DNA of 64,000 nucleotides from the human T2T-CHM13v2.0 reference genome, Homo sapiens: the NCBI RefSeq assembly GCF_009914755.1, contig NC_060935.1; one strand, 5' to 3'. Position 1 is the stretch's first letter, and every line of letters starts with the position of its first letter. The notes below the pieces were generated by a model. The model searched no databases, was not told where the DNA came from, and worked only from the letters and a program-made list of their open reading frames with translations. Below are positions 22,861 to 37,176 of this stretch, in pieces. A program made the translations under genes and the position numbers.

Positions 22861-24699
22861 AGATGGATATGGGACCTCTTGATTCAAGAGAAGGCTTGGA
22901 TACTTGAAAATAACCTTTCTTAGCTCCAGCTGAATAGAGATGGCATTCTGAGAGAGAGAGTACAGAAGATAATACACACAATTGTCTAACATACATTAGT
23001 TGCTACAATTTAATTGCTGAATAGCAGAAGGGAGGGTGAAAGCTAATCCCAAAGTTGTGAAGATTGTGAGGAAGGGGTAATAGGTAAACAACTCAGCTGA
23101 CCTGGAGTGACTTAACAGTTTTGAGGCAATCCCAGTATCTCACCCAAGGAAAAGTCATCCCTATTGAAGAATTTAAAACCAATGAGAAACACTAGTAGGT
23201 AAAATCAAAGGGTCAAAAATCCTGGAGTTAAAAAAACAAAAAAACTGGATTCTGGTGATAGTCATTTCTGAGATTACTGCAGTGGTGACTTCACGTAGAT
23301 CCAAAACTGCCATTGCTAGTCATGGTTACCTTTATGGAGTATGCATCTGGAATATTACATATGGTCTGTCAAGACTTTCATCTCTACCTATGCTGTTATT
23401 TCATATAGGGTTTCAAAAAATTGGCTAGAAATAGAGAACATCTTACTAGGACAGGGAAGAATGAAGATGAACAGATATTATACAAAATGTTTAAACTGAA
23501 CGTGGAGATATAAGAAAGAAAATTTCCAAAATGAGAAGTTGATTTTTATGAAGGAGAGAAAAATTACCATAAAAATAAAATGTATGCTTCATCATAAATA
23601 TGAAAAAATATTTGAAAATATATATTTGTGTCTGTATTTGTAGGGTCTCATGACTTTATGAAAAAGCAACCTTTTTGGGTAATAGAAGTTGGGATTACAG
23701 CATAGAAAGACCAATATGCACCAAAGGGCATCAGCAAGATGGGGAAGAATGTTGCAGTGGCTGCTACAAAAATAGGGTTGCTGATACAGAAATTCCATGT
23801 TGATTGGTTGGGAATATGAGTAAAGAGAAACAGAAGATACAGAGTTTTAAAGTGAATGAAGGAACATAAGCAATTTATCTTGGGCAAGAAATGGCTCCTG
23901 AAGGAAATTAACTTTTATCTTATTTTTTTTTTTACTACTCCAGTGCTTTTTAGAAGTCTGAGGATACACAAAATAACTGCTCAATACATGGGAGAACCAT
24001 CAAGCAGTCACAATTGTGCCCAGTTGGAATGGGCTGCAAATTGGTGACAGCACTATGAAAGAGATTCAGGAATTACAGGTCTACCTGAGCTAATGTGATG
24101 CTGTGACATTTTAAAATGATATTCTAGGATTCAGCATAGTAAATTAATCCACTATAGTCTATACTCTACACATCCATATGAAGATAATGCGTGAACTTTC
24201 TCAATAGATTGCTTTCACTCTGGAGTCTGCAAACACTTTGCTCTTTGCTTCTATGTATCTTAAGTATCCAATTGATGCCTCTATTAGAATTAAGAAAAAA
24301 GAGAAGCAAAAGTGTTTTTTTAAAAAAGTAGAGAGGAATGAATGAAAGGCAGAGGAATATGAAAGGCAGACCATACAGAGGGAGCCAAAAGAGGTGCTAT
24401 AGCTGATAAGATAAAAGAGGGAATTTTTATTTCACATGTCAACAATTTAATTCCATTTTTATCAATGATATCTTCTTCTATGGAAGAAAATTAAGATAAT
24501 TCAATGTTTTCCTACATCATTTAATATAAGGTTTATTTACTCTTGGAAACTTCCATTCTTTATTGCTCCTCAACAATAGCAACCACAAAAATTCCCATAA
24601 TTCTCTCTTTAAAGATCAACCAAAATTAAGGAATAATGTATTTTTCTTTAAAGAATTTGCTCTCAAGCAGACTGAACGCTCTTGCACACATGCACTGCT

Positions 24700-24749
24700 G
24701 TCTCTTTCTCTCTCTCACACACACACCACATGCATACGCACACACACAC
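24700..24749. repeat. (CT)n/(CA)n compound microsatellite
   Basis: Seen directly. Confidence 0.8.
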
Positions 24750-25039
24750 TGGCATCAAAGTCATGTGCTCATCCAGCCACATTATTTTCACACTTTTATT
24801 CTGAACTGAGATGCTTGAATAATTTCACGTCTGAATTAACTGATCAATATCATGCTATGTTAAGAACACCATGCAATTACATGTTTGAACTCTAAAGTCC
24901 TATCTTCCTTATCTTTGTACAGGGCTTTATTAAGTGGCATGGACCCAAGAATGAATGAATGCTTAAAATTTTAGAAAAGATAGATGTGTATAATAGAAAT
25001 TCAGAGTCAGTTATACATGCTATTATGGCATGGAAGCAA

Positions 25040-25275
25040 TGTGTTGGACAGAAATGCCATGAGCTTTGGAGACATACGGCCCTGGGATTAGATTCAGCTT
25101 TGTCACCAGCAATCTATGGAATCTTGGAAATTTTACATAAACTGTTCAACTCTTCATTACGTTATTTGTTTAAAAAAATACTTCACATGATTCTTGTGTT
25201 GAATAAGATGATGTACATGATAATACCAAGTATGGATCATAGAAATAAGTGAATGTTCAACAAATGATTATTTCC
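25040..25275 (+). mobile_element. MIR
   Basis: GAGCTTTGGAGACATACGGCCCTGGGATTAGATTCAGCTTTGTCAC core-like sequence. Confidence 0.55.
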
Positions 25276-25349
25276 TTTAAAAAACTATACCTTAACTTCT
25301 AATACAAAAATGAGAAACAAACATTCCTGTATCAATAGAAAAGGGAAAT

Positions 25350-25465
25350 TATTACCTGCAGATGAATGTACATCAGCAATAATAACAAATTGCAAAGAAC
25401 TGTCACTGTATAGGAAGGTGATATTTATGAGATTTGGGGTCCTTTGGGATATAGCCTCTTGAGTA
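25350..25465 (-). promoter_or_regulatory. Candidate OR5P3 promoter and short non-coding exon 1
   Basis: Minus-strand donor CAG|GTAATA (exon end 25356), TATA-like CATAAATA (25422-25429), O/E(EBF)-like TCCCAAAGGA (25440-25449). Confidence 0.5.
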
Positions 25466-25550
25466 CACTACTTGTTTATAAAAATTTCACTGAAAATTCA
25501 TCAAGACAATGGAAATTACAGGTACATATGCTCATAATAATATGTGTTGC

Positions 25551-25858
25551 TGCTGGGCATGGTGGCTCACACTTGTAATCCCAGCACTTTGGAAGGCCAA
25601 GGTGGGAGAATTGTTTGAGGCCAAGAGTTCAAATAAGTTTGGGCAACATAACAAGACCCCATCTCTACAAAAAAAAAATATAAATAAATAAAAGTAAAAT
25701 TACCAGGTGTCATGGCTCATGCCTGTAGTCTCAACTACTCAGGAGGCAGAAATGGGAAGATTGATTGAAGTCAGGAGTTTGAGGCTGCAGTGAGCTAGAA
25801 TTGCACCACTGTACTCCAGCCTGGGCAACTAAGCAAGACCTCAACTGAAAAAAAAAAA
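25551..25858 (+). mobile_element. AluJ
   Basis: Diverged Alu with J-type features (GCCAAGAGTTC, GGAGTTTGAGGCTGCAGTGAGCTA). Confidence 0.85.
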
Positions 25859-26072
25859 GTCGAAAAACATCTGTAAATTTATTTATTTTTAGTATGCATT
25901 AGAATTTTTTAATAAAACTTTTTGATGAACTGCTAAATCCCCTGTAACTATATTGAGATTTATAGGAATAAGCAAGAGTACAGTGTACCAGAGTAATTTC
26001 TCTTCAAAATAAAAATTCTTCTGGGAAAAAATAAATGTTTATGTTTTCTGTATGTTTCTAGATGATACTACC

Positions 26073-26935
<863 letters not shown>

Positions 26936-27953
26936 GGGTGAGGGCTCAAACAGAAACAAGGAACATGCTGTTTTGAAACTGGAGAAAAAGTTATCCTTGT
27001 TAGATAGTGACAGAAAGTCTAGCTTAATTTTGACCTACAGTTACGTGGAAAGCAGAACTTGTAAGTGATGAACTTGGATGTTTAGATAAGCAGATTTACA
27101 AAGTTTTGAAGGTACAGCCTATTGTTGTTGTTTACTCAACGTATTAAAATGTGAGAACAAATTACTTAAAGGTGAAGGACCCTCTTGTCTAATGATGTGA
27201 ATAGTCATAACATACATGGGAGAACCAGGTTTTCAAAAATGATATAGTTTCAGAAACACCACCAGCTTGTGCTAAAGGGACAGAGACAGAACAAAATGAA
27301 AGAAGGCTGTAAGACTCATAAAATTCTACAAGCAGGAAAAGGCTGATAAAACTAATCAGCTACAAATATGTGCTACCTATCAAGAAAAAGAAAGGATAAC
27401 TTCAAGAACAAACCCTTTGGCCCAAAAGCTGGAGCCTTGGGTCTAGGATTTAGAGCCATGGTGCAGAGGTTGGAGCAGTGCACACAGAAAATATTAGTCT
27501 CAGACCCAGAGCATGGAGCATTGAGTCACTAAGTGTTATTCATAGGCCTTGAAATGCCGTGTTTGTCCTGATGAACTTCAGAATTGCTTGGGTCTGATGA
27601 CCTTTTCCCTCCTTCCACTTCCCCCCTTTTAGAATGTAAATGTCTATTACTGTTACATCATGATGCCTGTATCATCATTATATTTGGGGAACAGATATCT
27701 TGTCTTCTTGTTTCACAGGTCCACAGATGGAGAGAAATTTTGCCCCAGGATGGATCATACACAGTATCCTACCTATATCTGATTTAGGTAATTTAGATAA
27801 TGAGATTTAGGACTTTCAAGCTGATGATATTTAGATGATATTTTGGGCTTTAGTTGATGCTGTGTTGGGTTGAGGCTTTTGAGGATTTGGAGGTGGGATG
27901 AACACATTTTACCTGTGGAATGAACATAAATCATTGGGGGCCAGAGAGAAGAC
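26936..27953 (+). mobile_element. MLT1 internal region
   Basis: MaLR-int motifs (AACTGGAGAAAAAGTTATCCTTGTTA), ending in polypurine tract GGGGGCCAGAGAGAAGAC. Confidence 0.7.
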
Positions 27954-28441
27954 TGTAGCAGACTGAATAATGGCCCCCAAAGATATCAGGCCCCAATCCA
28001 TGGAATCTATAAATGTTACCTTACTTTAAAAATGGCCTTTGCATATGTGATTAAGAATCTTAAAATGGAGTAATGGAGTGATTATCCTAGATTGTCTGGG
28101 TGGGCCCTAAAAGCAATCACAAGTATCATTATAAGAGAGAGACAGAGGGAGAATGTGACACAAACAGAGAAGGAGAAGGCAATGTGACCAAAGAGAAAGA
28201 GATTGGAGTGGTTTGGCCACAGCAAAGGAATGCCAGAAGCCAGCAGAAGCTGGAAGACACAGGAAATGGATTCCACCTTGGAGCCTCCAGAGGGAGTATG
28301 GCTCTGTTGCCACCTTGATTTTTGCCCAGTGATACTTATTTTAGACTTCTGGCCTCCAGAACTGTGAAATAATAAGTTTCTGTTATTTTAAGCTTCCAAA
28401 TTCATAGTAATTTGTTACAATAGCCACAGGAAACTAATACA
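27954..28441 (+). mobile_element. MLT1C/D-like 3' LTR
   Basis: TGTAGCAGACTGAATAATGGCCCCCAAAGATATC...GGAAACTAATACA. Confidence 0.85.
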
Positions 28442-28489
28442 CATGATAACAAATGATCACTCTCTCCAGAGGTCCCAGGGTATTTGTCA

Positions 28490-28760
28490 AATGAATTCAT
28501 TTATTCATTCATTCCAAAATATGCACTGAATACTACTATATCCCAAGCTTCCTTGGGATGTAGTGATAAACAAATCAGAAAAAAAATCACTGAACTCATA
28601 GAACTTACATTCTAGTATTCTAGTGTTGGGAGATAACAATAAATCATATATATGAATGAAATAAGGAAGTAAACCATGTAAAGGTTTAGGGGGAAAGCTT
28701 TTCAAGGAGGTTTTACTCCCTTTAAATTTGAGTAATGCAAAATCCACGAGAAGAATAAGC
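28490..28760 (-). mobile_element. L2 3' fragment
   Basis: (ATTC)n tail, CTCATAGAACTTACATTCTAG motif. Confidence 0.6.
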
Positions 28761-29813
28761 CACTGAGGCTAGATCACAGTAAGCCAACATTCAAATGATT
28801 GTATGTATCTGGTACTAGCAAATTACAGGGGGAAAAGGTACTTTTATACATTATGAAAAATATATGAATTTTCTAAAAACTTTTGGAAAATATCGTGGCA
28901 AATTTTATTTAAAATTTCAAGTGCTGTACTCCAAAATTTTACTTTGAGGAATTAATCCTAGAGGTAATAATAACCTGAAAAAATACATATACAAAAAGAT
29001 GTTCATCACATGATTGCTTAAACAGCAGAAAAATTGCAGTGTCTAGTGTGCATCAACAAAAGAATTGTTGAAAAAATGATGGCACCTTCATCCTATGGAT
29101 TACTATGTGGACATTAAAAAGATAAAATGTCCCCATATGTTCAGCTTCTGAAACAAGCCCATGATATACTCTTACATTTCCAAAGCCTCTAATATGTTTT
29201 TATAACTTATTCTTAACGTTTCATAATCATATTTTCTTATTTTTATATAGCACTTTCTCCTGAATCATTAAAAAGATTATATTTATTTTAATGTGAATTT
29301 TATCATGATAGCTTTACAAACTCTCTTTACTTGGATTTATGTTCTGTTGCCTTTTTTCTTTTCTTTACTTCTGGTTTTTGTTTTTATTTTGCTGTTGTCT
29401 TTTGAATTTGTCTCTCTTATTTTGTGATTCTAGTAATCCTAAAAGATTTGGGGGGCGGGTTACTATAAGTGCATTTTTATAATGGGGATTTTCTGCTGAA
29501 CTGCCCACTGATTCTTACATGGGAAAGGTGCAAAGACAGTGGTACTGCTCCCTGTTTCGTTAGGCAGGGAAATAGGTAAGATGAACAGCTAGGAAAGGTA
29601 CCTCAGCCACCTGTCTTCTGGGTTTTACTACCATACCTCGACTCTGCCCAAAGCACTGTTTCTGCTTGGAGACAGACACCTCGATCACTGCTGCCTCTTC
29701 CTTTGGAAGAGGTATTGGAATAGAAACAGGAATAAACTAGCCTGGCTTCTCTCCCTACTTATATCCTTGTGCATAGTCTGGAGCTCCTCTGTGTTTTACT
29801 CCTTTTTGAAAGG

Positions 29814-30057
29814 AATATTCCTGGTGTTTTAGTAAACCCTCCATGTGATTCTGATCCACACCAAAGTTTAAGAATCACGACCTCAGTGTTCTCAATCTTG
29901 GCTGAATATCAGAACAACATGGAAAAATTAAAAGAATACTGCCTGAACCCTTTCCCAAAGATTCTGTTTTAATTGGTATAGGGTATGGCCCGTGCACTGG
30001 GATTTATAAAGACTCCTCAGGTGATTTTGATATCCAGGTAACTTTGTGATCCACTGC
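29814..30057. mobile_element. MER5-type hAT-Charlie MITE fragments (two adjacent)
   Basis: GTGATTCTGAT...AAGTTTAAGAATCAC; CAGTGTTCTCAATCTTGGCTG...CAGGTGATTTTGAT...CCACTG. Confidence 0.6.
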
Positions 30058-30334
30058 TCTTATCGTTTCCAAATGCATGGATGAAATATCACTGTATGCA
30101 GAGTCCCGTCTGTTCTGTCTAGATGTTTAGATGAGCCGGTTAGTAGAAATTCATTCTGGAGTCAAGATCATTGACCAACCTTACTATTCACAGAGCTAAT
30201 GAGATATGTGCATCCATTTTCATGAGTATTTCAGAGGGAAGACTGGGAGGATCCTGAAACATGTATTGTCACTTTCTATTATTGTAACCCAAAGTCTTGA
30301 AGTAATACCTTACTTGGACCACAAAGTATTTTAA

Positions 30335-30545
30335 TTATTCATTCATTCATTCATTTGGCAGATATTTATTGAACATTAACAGTGTTTCAAACTCTCTTCT
30401 AGGCACTCAGGATAAAATAATGAACTAGGCAGACAAGGTTCCTGCCCTCATGGAGCTTATATTTTAGTAGGTAAGGCAGATAGTAAACTATAAACAAATG
30501 CATGATAACATAATGACCAATTATAAGTGCTACAGAAGAAATAAA
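30335..30545 (-). mobile_element. L2 3' fragment
   Basis: ATTCATTCATTCATT...ATATTTATTGA...CCTGCCCTCATGGAGCTTATATT. Confidence 0.7.
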
Positions 30546-30798
30546 CAGGAATTTTTTTATAAGTTAACTTTCTGTAATGGCATTCTAAATTCACTCAGAA
30601 GCCCAAGCCTTCCCATGACAGATCATATATATCTAAATCTATATCTATATACATATAATATGTGTATGTGTGTTTGCTTAAAGTATATCAAAAAGACTCT
30701 CTGGTCCTCAAAGTAAAATGAACACAGAGAAGTTAAAAAAATCTACCTGAAATCACACAGAAAATGCTGAGACTGGGATTTGAATGTTAGCGCTGTAG

Positions 30799-31131
<333 letters not shown>

Positions 31132-31494
31132 TCCCTCACCACTTCTTAGTCAACTGTACCTTGGGATAAAATATTAATATGAAATATCCTTTTTTGTCCC
31201 TTTTAACAGTTTTTACCTTGAAATCTATTTTGTACTCTCTTATGTTGTTATGCTTTCTTTATTCTGTTATAATTTTTCCTGGTAATATCTTTTGAGAGGA
31301 ATTCATTTTCAATCTTCCTCTTCCAAGTTCAAACCAACCTACCGAATTGCCTTTTCCATTTTTCCATCATGGATGGGTCTTTTGCTCCATTTTTTTACCT
31401 CATAGGTAGTTGAGAAGATATAAACCCTCTTTCTATTATTCTAATATTATCTTAAGACAAAGGGTGATCAAGTTAACATAATTCTGAGAAAGAT

Positions 31495-31630
31495 TTTATA
31501 TATATATAAAATCTGTTTATATATATATATAAAATCTGTTTATATATATATAATCTGTTTATATATATATAATCTGTTTGTTTATATATATATATAAAAT
31601 CTGTATATATATATATATATATATAATCTA
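31495..31630. repeat. AT-rich minisatellite, unit ~AAAATCTGTT(TA)n
   Basis: AATCTG recurs 5 times, separated by (TA)n runs. Confidence 0.9.
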
Positions 31631-31679
31631 TTCCACAATCATTCTTTCTGATAAGGAATGGAAAAGAAGGTATTTGCCA

Positions 31680-33865
31680 GATCAATTGGCCCATACCACG
31701 TATTTCAGGCTGTAATAATCTCTAAGCAAAGATACCACACATGTAGCACAGCAGCTGCATTTGGGGTTAATGCTTTGTTGAATTTGTAGGATCTTTCCGG
31801 TTTTTGTAGGAACTACACTGGTGAATTAAACGAAACCTTTAAGAACCTAATGATACCACCACCCTAGTATCATTAGGTTCTTAAAGATGGCATTGATATC
31901 TGCCATTTCCCTTTGAGATTAGATTTTTATTTTTTAGTAATTTGGCCAGGAAATGGGCAGTTTCAGAGGCTTCCACTCAGGCTTCACTACTATGATGGCT
32001 CTTAAAGCTAATAAATCAATGTGGATATTCTGCCCATTACTACTATTCTACCATTTTGTTCATTCCATATACCTTTTGAGAACAAAGAAATAGCACTGGA
32101 TGGGTCCATGCATTCATGGACATACATAGGCCCTGGATCCCATTTATTATCTGGCCCTCCTATACCCTAAAAGTGGCCACGATGAAGCTTTAGGTCATAG
32201 GTGTCAATGTCAATTCAAATTTCGCATGTTATAAGCCTTGATAAGTTTGGATATTTCTGTTTCCCCAGGATTTAGTTACTCCAGTAATGACCATAGTTCT
32301 CTTTGAGGAAAGGCTATATATATATAACTCCACTGGCCAAAGGCAAAAATATATATATAACTGCACTTTCAGGGTCCTTGATCATAGGTCCTGGCCTCTT
32401 CTTCAGTCAGAGGGCTCTGAGTCTGAAAACTGGTTCAGGTGTGGAAACTGGGCAAGAGATCACCTGTTTTTGTTTGAGCAGCTATAATCACCCCCCTCTA
32501 ATCTCTATCCTTGATTTCTTTTAATTGTGTAGATTGAGCATGTTGTTGTTGTCTACCCATTTGTCTTATCTCAGAAACATCATTTACTTTTATTCTGATG
32601 CCATATCATCTCCATTTCTATCAAAGGTTCACTTCTGTAATGACATCATTACAATCAGCCCTATCCTACAGAGGATAGCCACCACTGAGCTTCTCAGTGA
32701 CATTGGTGTCCTTCTCACCAGCATATTCCTTTTGTTTAGTAAACAGAATGTCCTCTGGGACCTTATATGGAGCCTAGTTATCTGGTGGACTTTTCATTTT
32801 CACGTATTTATTCTAGCAAGTGCTCTTCTCTAAGCTTTTCTATCCCTCCTTCTACTGTCTTCCACAGCAGTTCTGACATTTCTACTTAGTGTGCGTCACC
32901 AATTTCTGCAAGTTTCTAAAAGCCATCGTAGCAGCTTCTTTGCATCATATGCTGTGATCTTTACCAAGATATTAAATCCTATAGTAAGGGAGAGGGCTCC
33001 AACACTGATAAATTATCTCTTATCCAATTTGATGTCTGACCCTTTGATTCAGCATGTACTCTTTTCAGCTCCTGATTCTACATGTTGACTAGGTCCTACA
33101 GCTCCCATAGCAGACTCAGCCTTTTCCCTGTTAGGTTATGTTATGATTTACCCTTAGTTATAATCAAGTGGTTAAGAAAAGGTAGGGACAGAGTTTAAGG
33201 AGAACATATGTTGTTTTGCAAGATAGCATCCTCTGTTTTATCTTTATCTACGGGTGGAACACAAACATTTAACAGGGAAGAATCCAGAGGGTTTAGAAGA
33301 ATCTAGTGATTCAAGATTTTTAAATGCATCAACACAGATACCCCTATTCCATGACTCAGTGTCTCATTCTTTCCTAATTAAGATCTTGAACTTAGTAGTC
33401 AAGCTGCAGTGGCTTAAAATTCTAACATAATGTCTACTTCTCTCATAATCAAGTCTTAAGCCTGATTCCTAGCCTTTTACGTTACAGGCTACAGGAGATG
33501 CTAGACTCCAAATGCTATAAGGAGGGACTGTGGCTCTCAAATTTAACTTTTAGTTGGTAATTAATCAACTTCAGCCTTTCAAAGTCTTTCTCAAAACCCT
33601 CTACTGTTTCTACAACAGACATCCAATTCCATTGCCCTTATAATTACTATTTCCCTTTTATGTCTCAAATACTTAATACATTTAATCTGCCAGTGCCTTC
33701 TTTTCTACTAGTATGTCATCCCTATTTACCACCGGATAAAGTGTTAATAATTATAGCACTAAGGGCTGCTCAAACTCCACTTACCACCAGTGATGGAGTC
33801 CTCATTTCCAGCCAGCTGGTGGGTGATCCAGCTCCAAACTCCAATTTTATATTATATTTTTTACT
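31680..33865 (-). mobile_element. Ancient ERVL internal region (gag-pol relic)
   Basis: Antisense ERVL pol motifs (AAAGATACCACACATGTAGCACAGCAGCTGCA, CACCACCC) and gag-like sequence. Confidence 0.65.
31837..31886. repeat. Perfect 20-bp inverted repeat with a 10-nt loop
   Basis: CTTTAAGAACCTAATGATAC-CACCACCCTA-GTATCATTAGGTTCTTAAAG. Confidence 0.97.
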
Positions 33866-33868
33866 ACC

Positions 33869-34036
33869 TGTTATGAGCTGAATGTGTCCCTTCAAAAAAT
33901 CACACGTTGAAGCTCTAACCCCCAATGTGATGGAATTTGAAAGTGAGGCCTTTGGGAAGTAATTTTGTTTCTATTAGATCATGATGGTAGGATCCTGGTG
34001 ATTTGATGGTATTAGCGCCCTTATAAGAAGGAAACT

Positions 34037-34082
<46 letters not shown>

Positions 34083-34280
34083 AAGCTTGCACCAAAGAAA
34101 AGCCCTAGGAGGACATAGTAAGAAGGTGACTGCCTACGAGCCAGGAAGTGAGCCTTCCTGAGACACCAAATCTGCCAGTATCTTGACTTTGGACTTCACA
34201 GTCTCCAGAACTGTGAACTGTGAATAATAACAGATTAACAGGTTAATCTATCCAGTCTACGGTATTTTGTTATAGCTGAG
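33869..34280 (+). mobile_element. MLT1A-like solo LTR with internal (CT)n at ~34039-34082
   Basis: TGTTATGAGCTGAATGTGTCCC...CTTGACTTTGGACTTC...GGTATTTTGTTATAGC. Confidence 0.8.
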
Positions 34281-34620
34281 AAGCAGTCTGAGATAGAGAT
34301 TTGTATATAAGATATTTATTAGGAAGTGTTCTCAGCATTCACTCCTGTAAACACTGAAGCAGAATTAGGTAGAGAGAGAAGCTGGCCTACAGTGCAATCA
34401 CAGCAACGGCTTCAGCAGATCTCACAGGGAACACAGTCACTGGGATGGCCCTGCAAGTGGTTTCCAACTTAAGCAATGTGTTTGGGCCTTTATGCCAGTG
34501 CATCGACTAGCCTCAAATTGGAGCAAGGGGGAATGACCTACTTCACCCAAAGACAATTGCCAGAAGAGCAATGGGGAAAATGGTTCAATCCCAGAATGCT
34601 GTGGACAGCATACCACAGCA
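34281..34620 (-). mobile_element. Old ERVL-class LTR, probably belonging to the adjacent ERVL internal region
   Basis: CTGAGATAGAGATTTG...TTTATTAGGAAGTGTTCTCAG motif typical of antisense LTR16/33-class LTRs. Confidence 0.4.
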
Positions 34621-35812
34621 TCCATCTTAGATGTAAAATGGTACCTCATTTCTCTGGTTCTTCCCAAGATAATGTAGCTTTTCATACGCTTATTGACCAC
34701 TTTGTGGGTTGAATACCGAGGTTACACATTGCCTCATGAAATGATTAGCAAACTTTGTCTCTTTCTCTATTCTTGTAACTAATTATTAAAAGAGAAACAC
34801 TAACTGTGCCTCAAATTTTTAGTAAAATCAGCTGGTTAACAGTGTGGGGTTTTCTTGGGGGGAGGGCGCTGACATAGTTTTGTGGGGGTTAATGAAACGG
34901 TTCTGATTCTAGGATTCTGAGCCACTCACTGCTCCAGCTGTAACAGATGCCTCTGTTGCTCACTGCTTTGCACTAGCAGGAACAGAAAGAATGTCTGTAT
35001 CCCGTCACTGCTTCTATTAGAGCACAAACCACTGCACCAACCACATTTTAGGCAGTCCGTCCTGTTTCCCAAGGCTACCACCTTGCAGAAATCCTCTTAC
35101 AGATACATTTTGGCTAAAGTTTCTTCTCAGGAAATTTTCTCCTGCTTTCATTTTTCAGGGATTCTTTTATAATTTTTGGTTCTCCAATGGTGCTTTGGCA
35201 TTTGGAGGAACAGTAGAGAAAGGGGTAAATAGGTTTTGAGAACCAAACAAACAGGTCCTGACAAAATTACATTATGGAGCAACAAAGAAAAATAGAAATT
35301 GCAACGTTGCTTTATTTTCTATAGTTTTACTATGTAAACGTTTATTGCTGAATGCCCTAGCTTTGCCTGCTTTTAAACTTTATGTAGCTAGAATCATACA
35401 TTTTTTTTCTTTTGACTTATTTAACATTGTTTGTGAGATTCATCCACTTTGTGCATATATAGTTTATTCACTTTCACTGTTATATAGTAGTCCATTGCAT
35501 AACATTATGTATTTTTCTATTGTACTGATTATGTACATTTAGATTGTAGAGGTATCTTTAAATATCCTCCACTAAAATGGAAGATTTAAGATGATAGATT
35601 TATCTATGTCTCCTTACAGTTTTGTTAGTTTTTGCTTTATATATTTCAGAGCCATGTTATTAGATGTATACAAAGATAAATTGTATCTTCTTGCTGGGTT
35701 AACCCTTTTATGGTCACAAATGATTGCTTTTTTTATCTGATAAACATTGTCAGAGCAGTTTTTTTTCAATGGAGTTATACAATTTTGTTTTACATTTATG
35801 TACAATTTATGT

Positions 35813-37176
35813 ACAACTTTTTTACATTCAGGGGTTACGTGTACAAATTCGTAAATGGATATATTGAGTGATGCTGAAGTTTGAGCTTCTATTGAACCTA
35901 TCACTCAAATAGTGAAGATGGTAAACAATAGGTAGATTTCAACCCTTGTCCCCCTCCCTCCTTCCATTTAGAGTCCCCAGTGCCTGTTAATTCTGTCTAT
36001 GTGCATGTGTACCCAATATTTAGCTCCTATTATACATGAATATGTGTTATTTGGTTTTCTGTTTCTTCATTAATTCACCTAGGATAATGGCCTCCATCTC
36101 CATCCTTGTTGCTGCAAAGAACATGATTTCATTCTTTTATGGCTGCATAGTATTCCATGGTGTATACATACCACATTTTCTTTATCCAATCCACTGTTGA
36201 TGGGCACATAGGGATTGATTCCATGTCTTTGCTATTGTGAATAGTGCTGCAACAAACATTAGACCGCATGTATCTTTTTGGCAGAATGATTTATTTTCCC
36301 TTGAGTGTGTACCCACTAACGGGATTGCTGGGTAAATTGCTATCTTTAGTTCTTTGAGAAGTCTCCAAACTGGTTTCCACTGGAGCTGAATTAATTAATT
36401 TACATTCCCACCAATAGTGTATAAGCATTCCTTTCTCTCTGTGACCTTGCTAACATTTGCTAAAAAATATATATAAATATATATAATATATTTATAATAG
36501 CCATTTTGACTAGTTTGAGATAATATCTCATTGTGGTTTTGATTTGCGTTTCTCTAATGAATAGTGATGTTGAGCATTTTTTCATGTTTTCTGACAATTT
36601 ATGTCTTCTTTTGAGAACGGTCTGTTCATGTCCTTTTCCAACTTTCTAATGGAGTTATTTGGTTTTTGCTTCATGATTTTTTAAAATTCCTTATAGACCC
36701 TGGATATTAGTCGTTTATCAGATACATAGCTCACAAATATTTCTCCCATTCTGTAGGTTGTTTATTTACCTTGTTGATAGTTTATTTGGCTGTGCAGAAG
36801 CTCTTTTGTTTAATTAGGTCCCAGTTGTCAATTTTGGGGTGTGCTGCATTTGCTTTTGAGGTCTTAGTCATAAATTCTTCACCTAGGCCAAAAGCCAGAA
36901 GAATATTTTGTAGGTTTTCTTGTAGGATTGTTATAGTTTGAGGTCTTACACTTAAGTCTTTACTCCACCTTAAGTTAATTTTTGTATGTGGTAAGAGGGT
37001 AGGGATTAAGGTTGATTCTTCTGCATATTGTTACCCAGTTTTCCAGCACCATTGATTAAATAGTCTGTCCTTTCCCCATTGTTCTTTATTTCTGAGTTCT
37101 CTATTTTGTTCCATTGGTCAATGTGTCTATTTTTGTACCAGTACCATGGGTTTTGGTTACTGTAGCCTTATAGTAT
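35813..37176 (-). mobile_element. L1PA15-17-like 3' ~1.4 kb
   Basis: ATTCAGGGGTTACGTGTAC...GATGCTGAAGTTTG 3' end; ORF2 3' antisense to TTGGTTACTGTAGCCTTATAGTAT. Confidence 0.85.
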
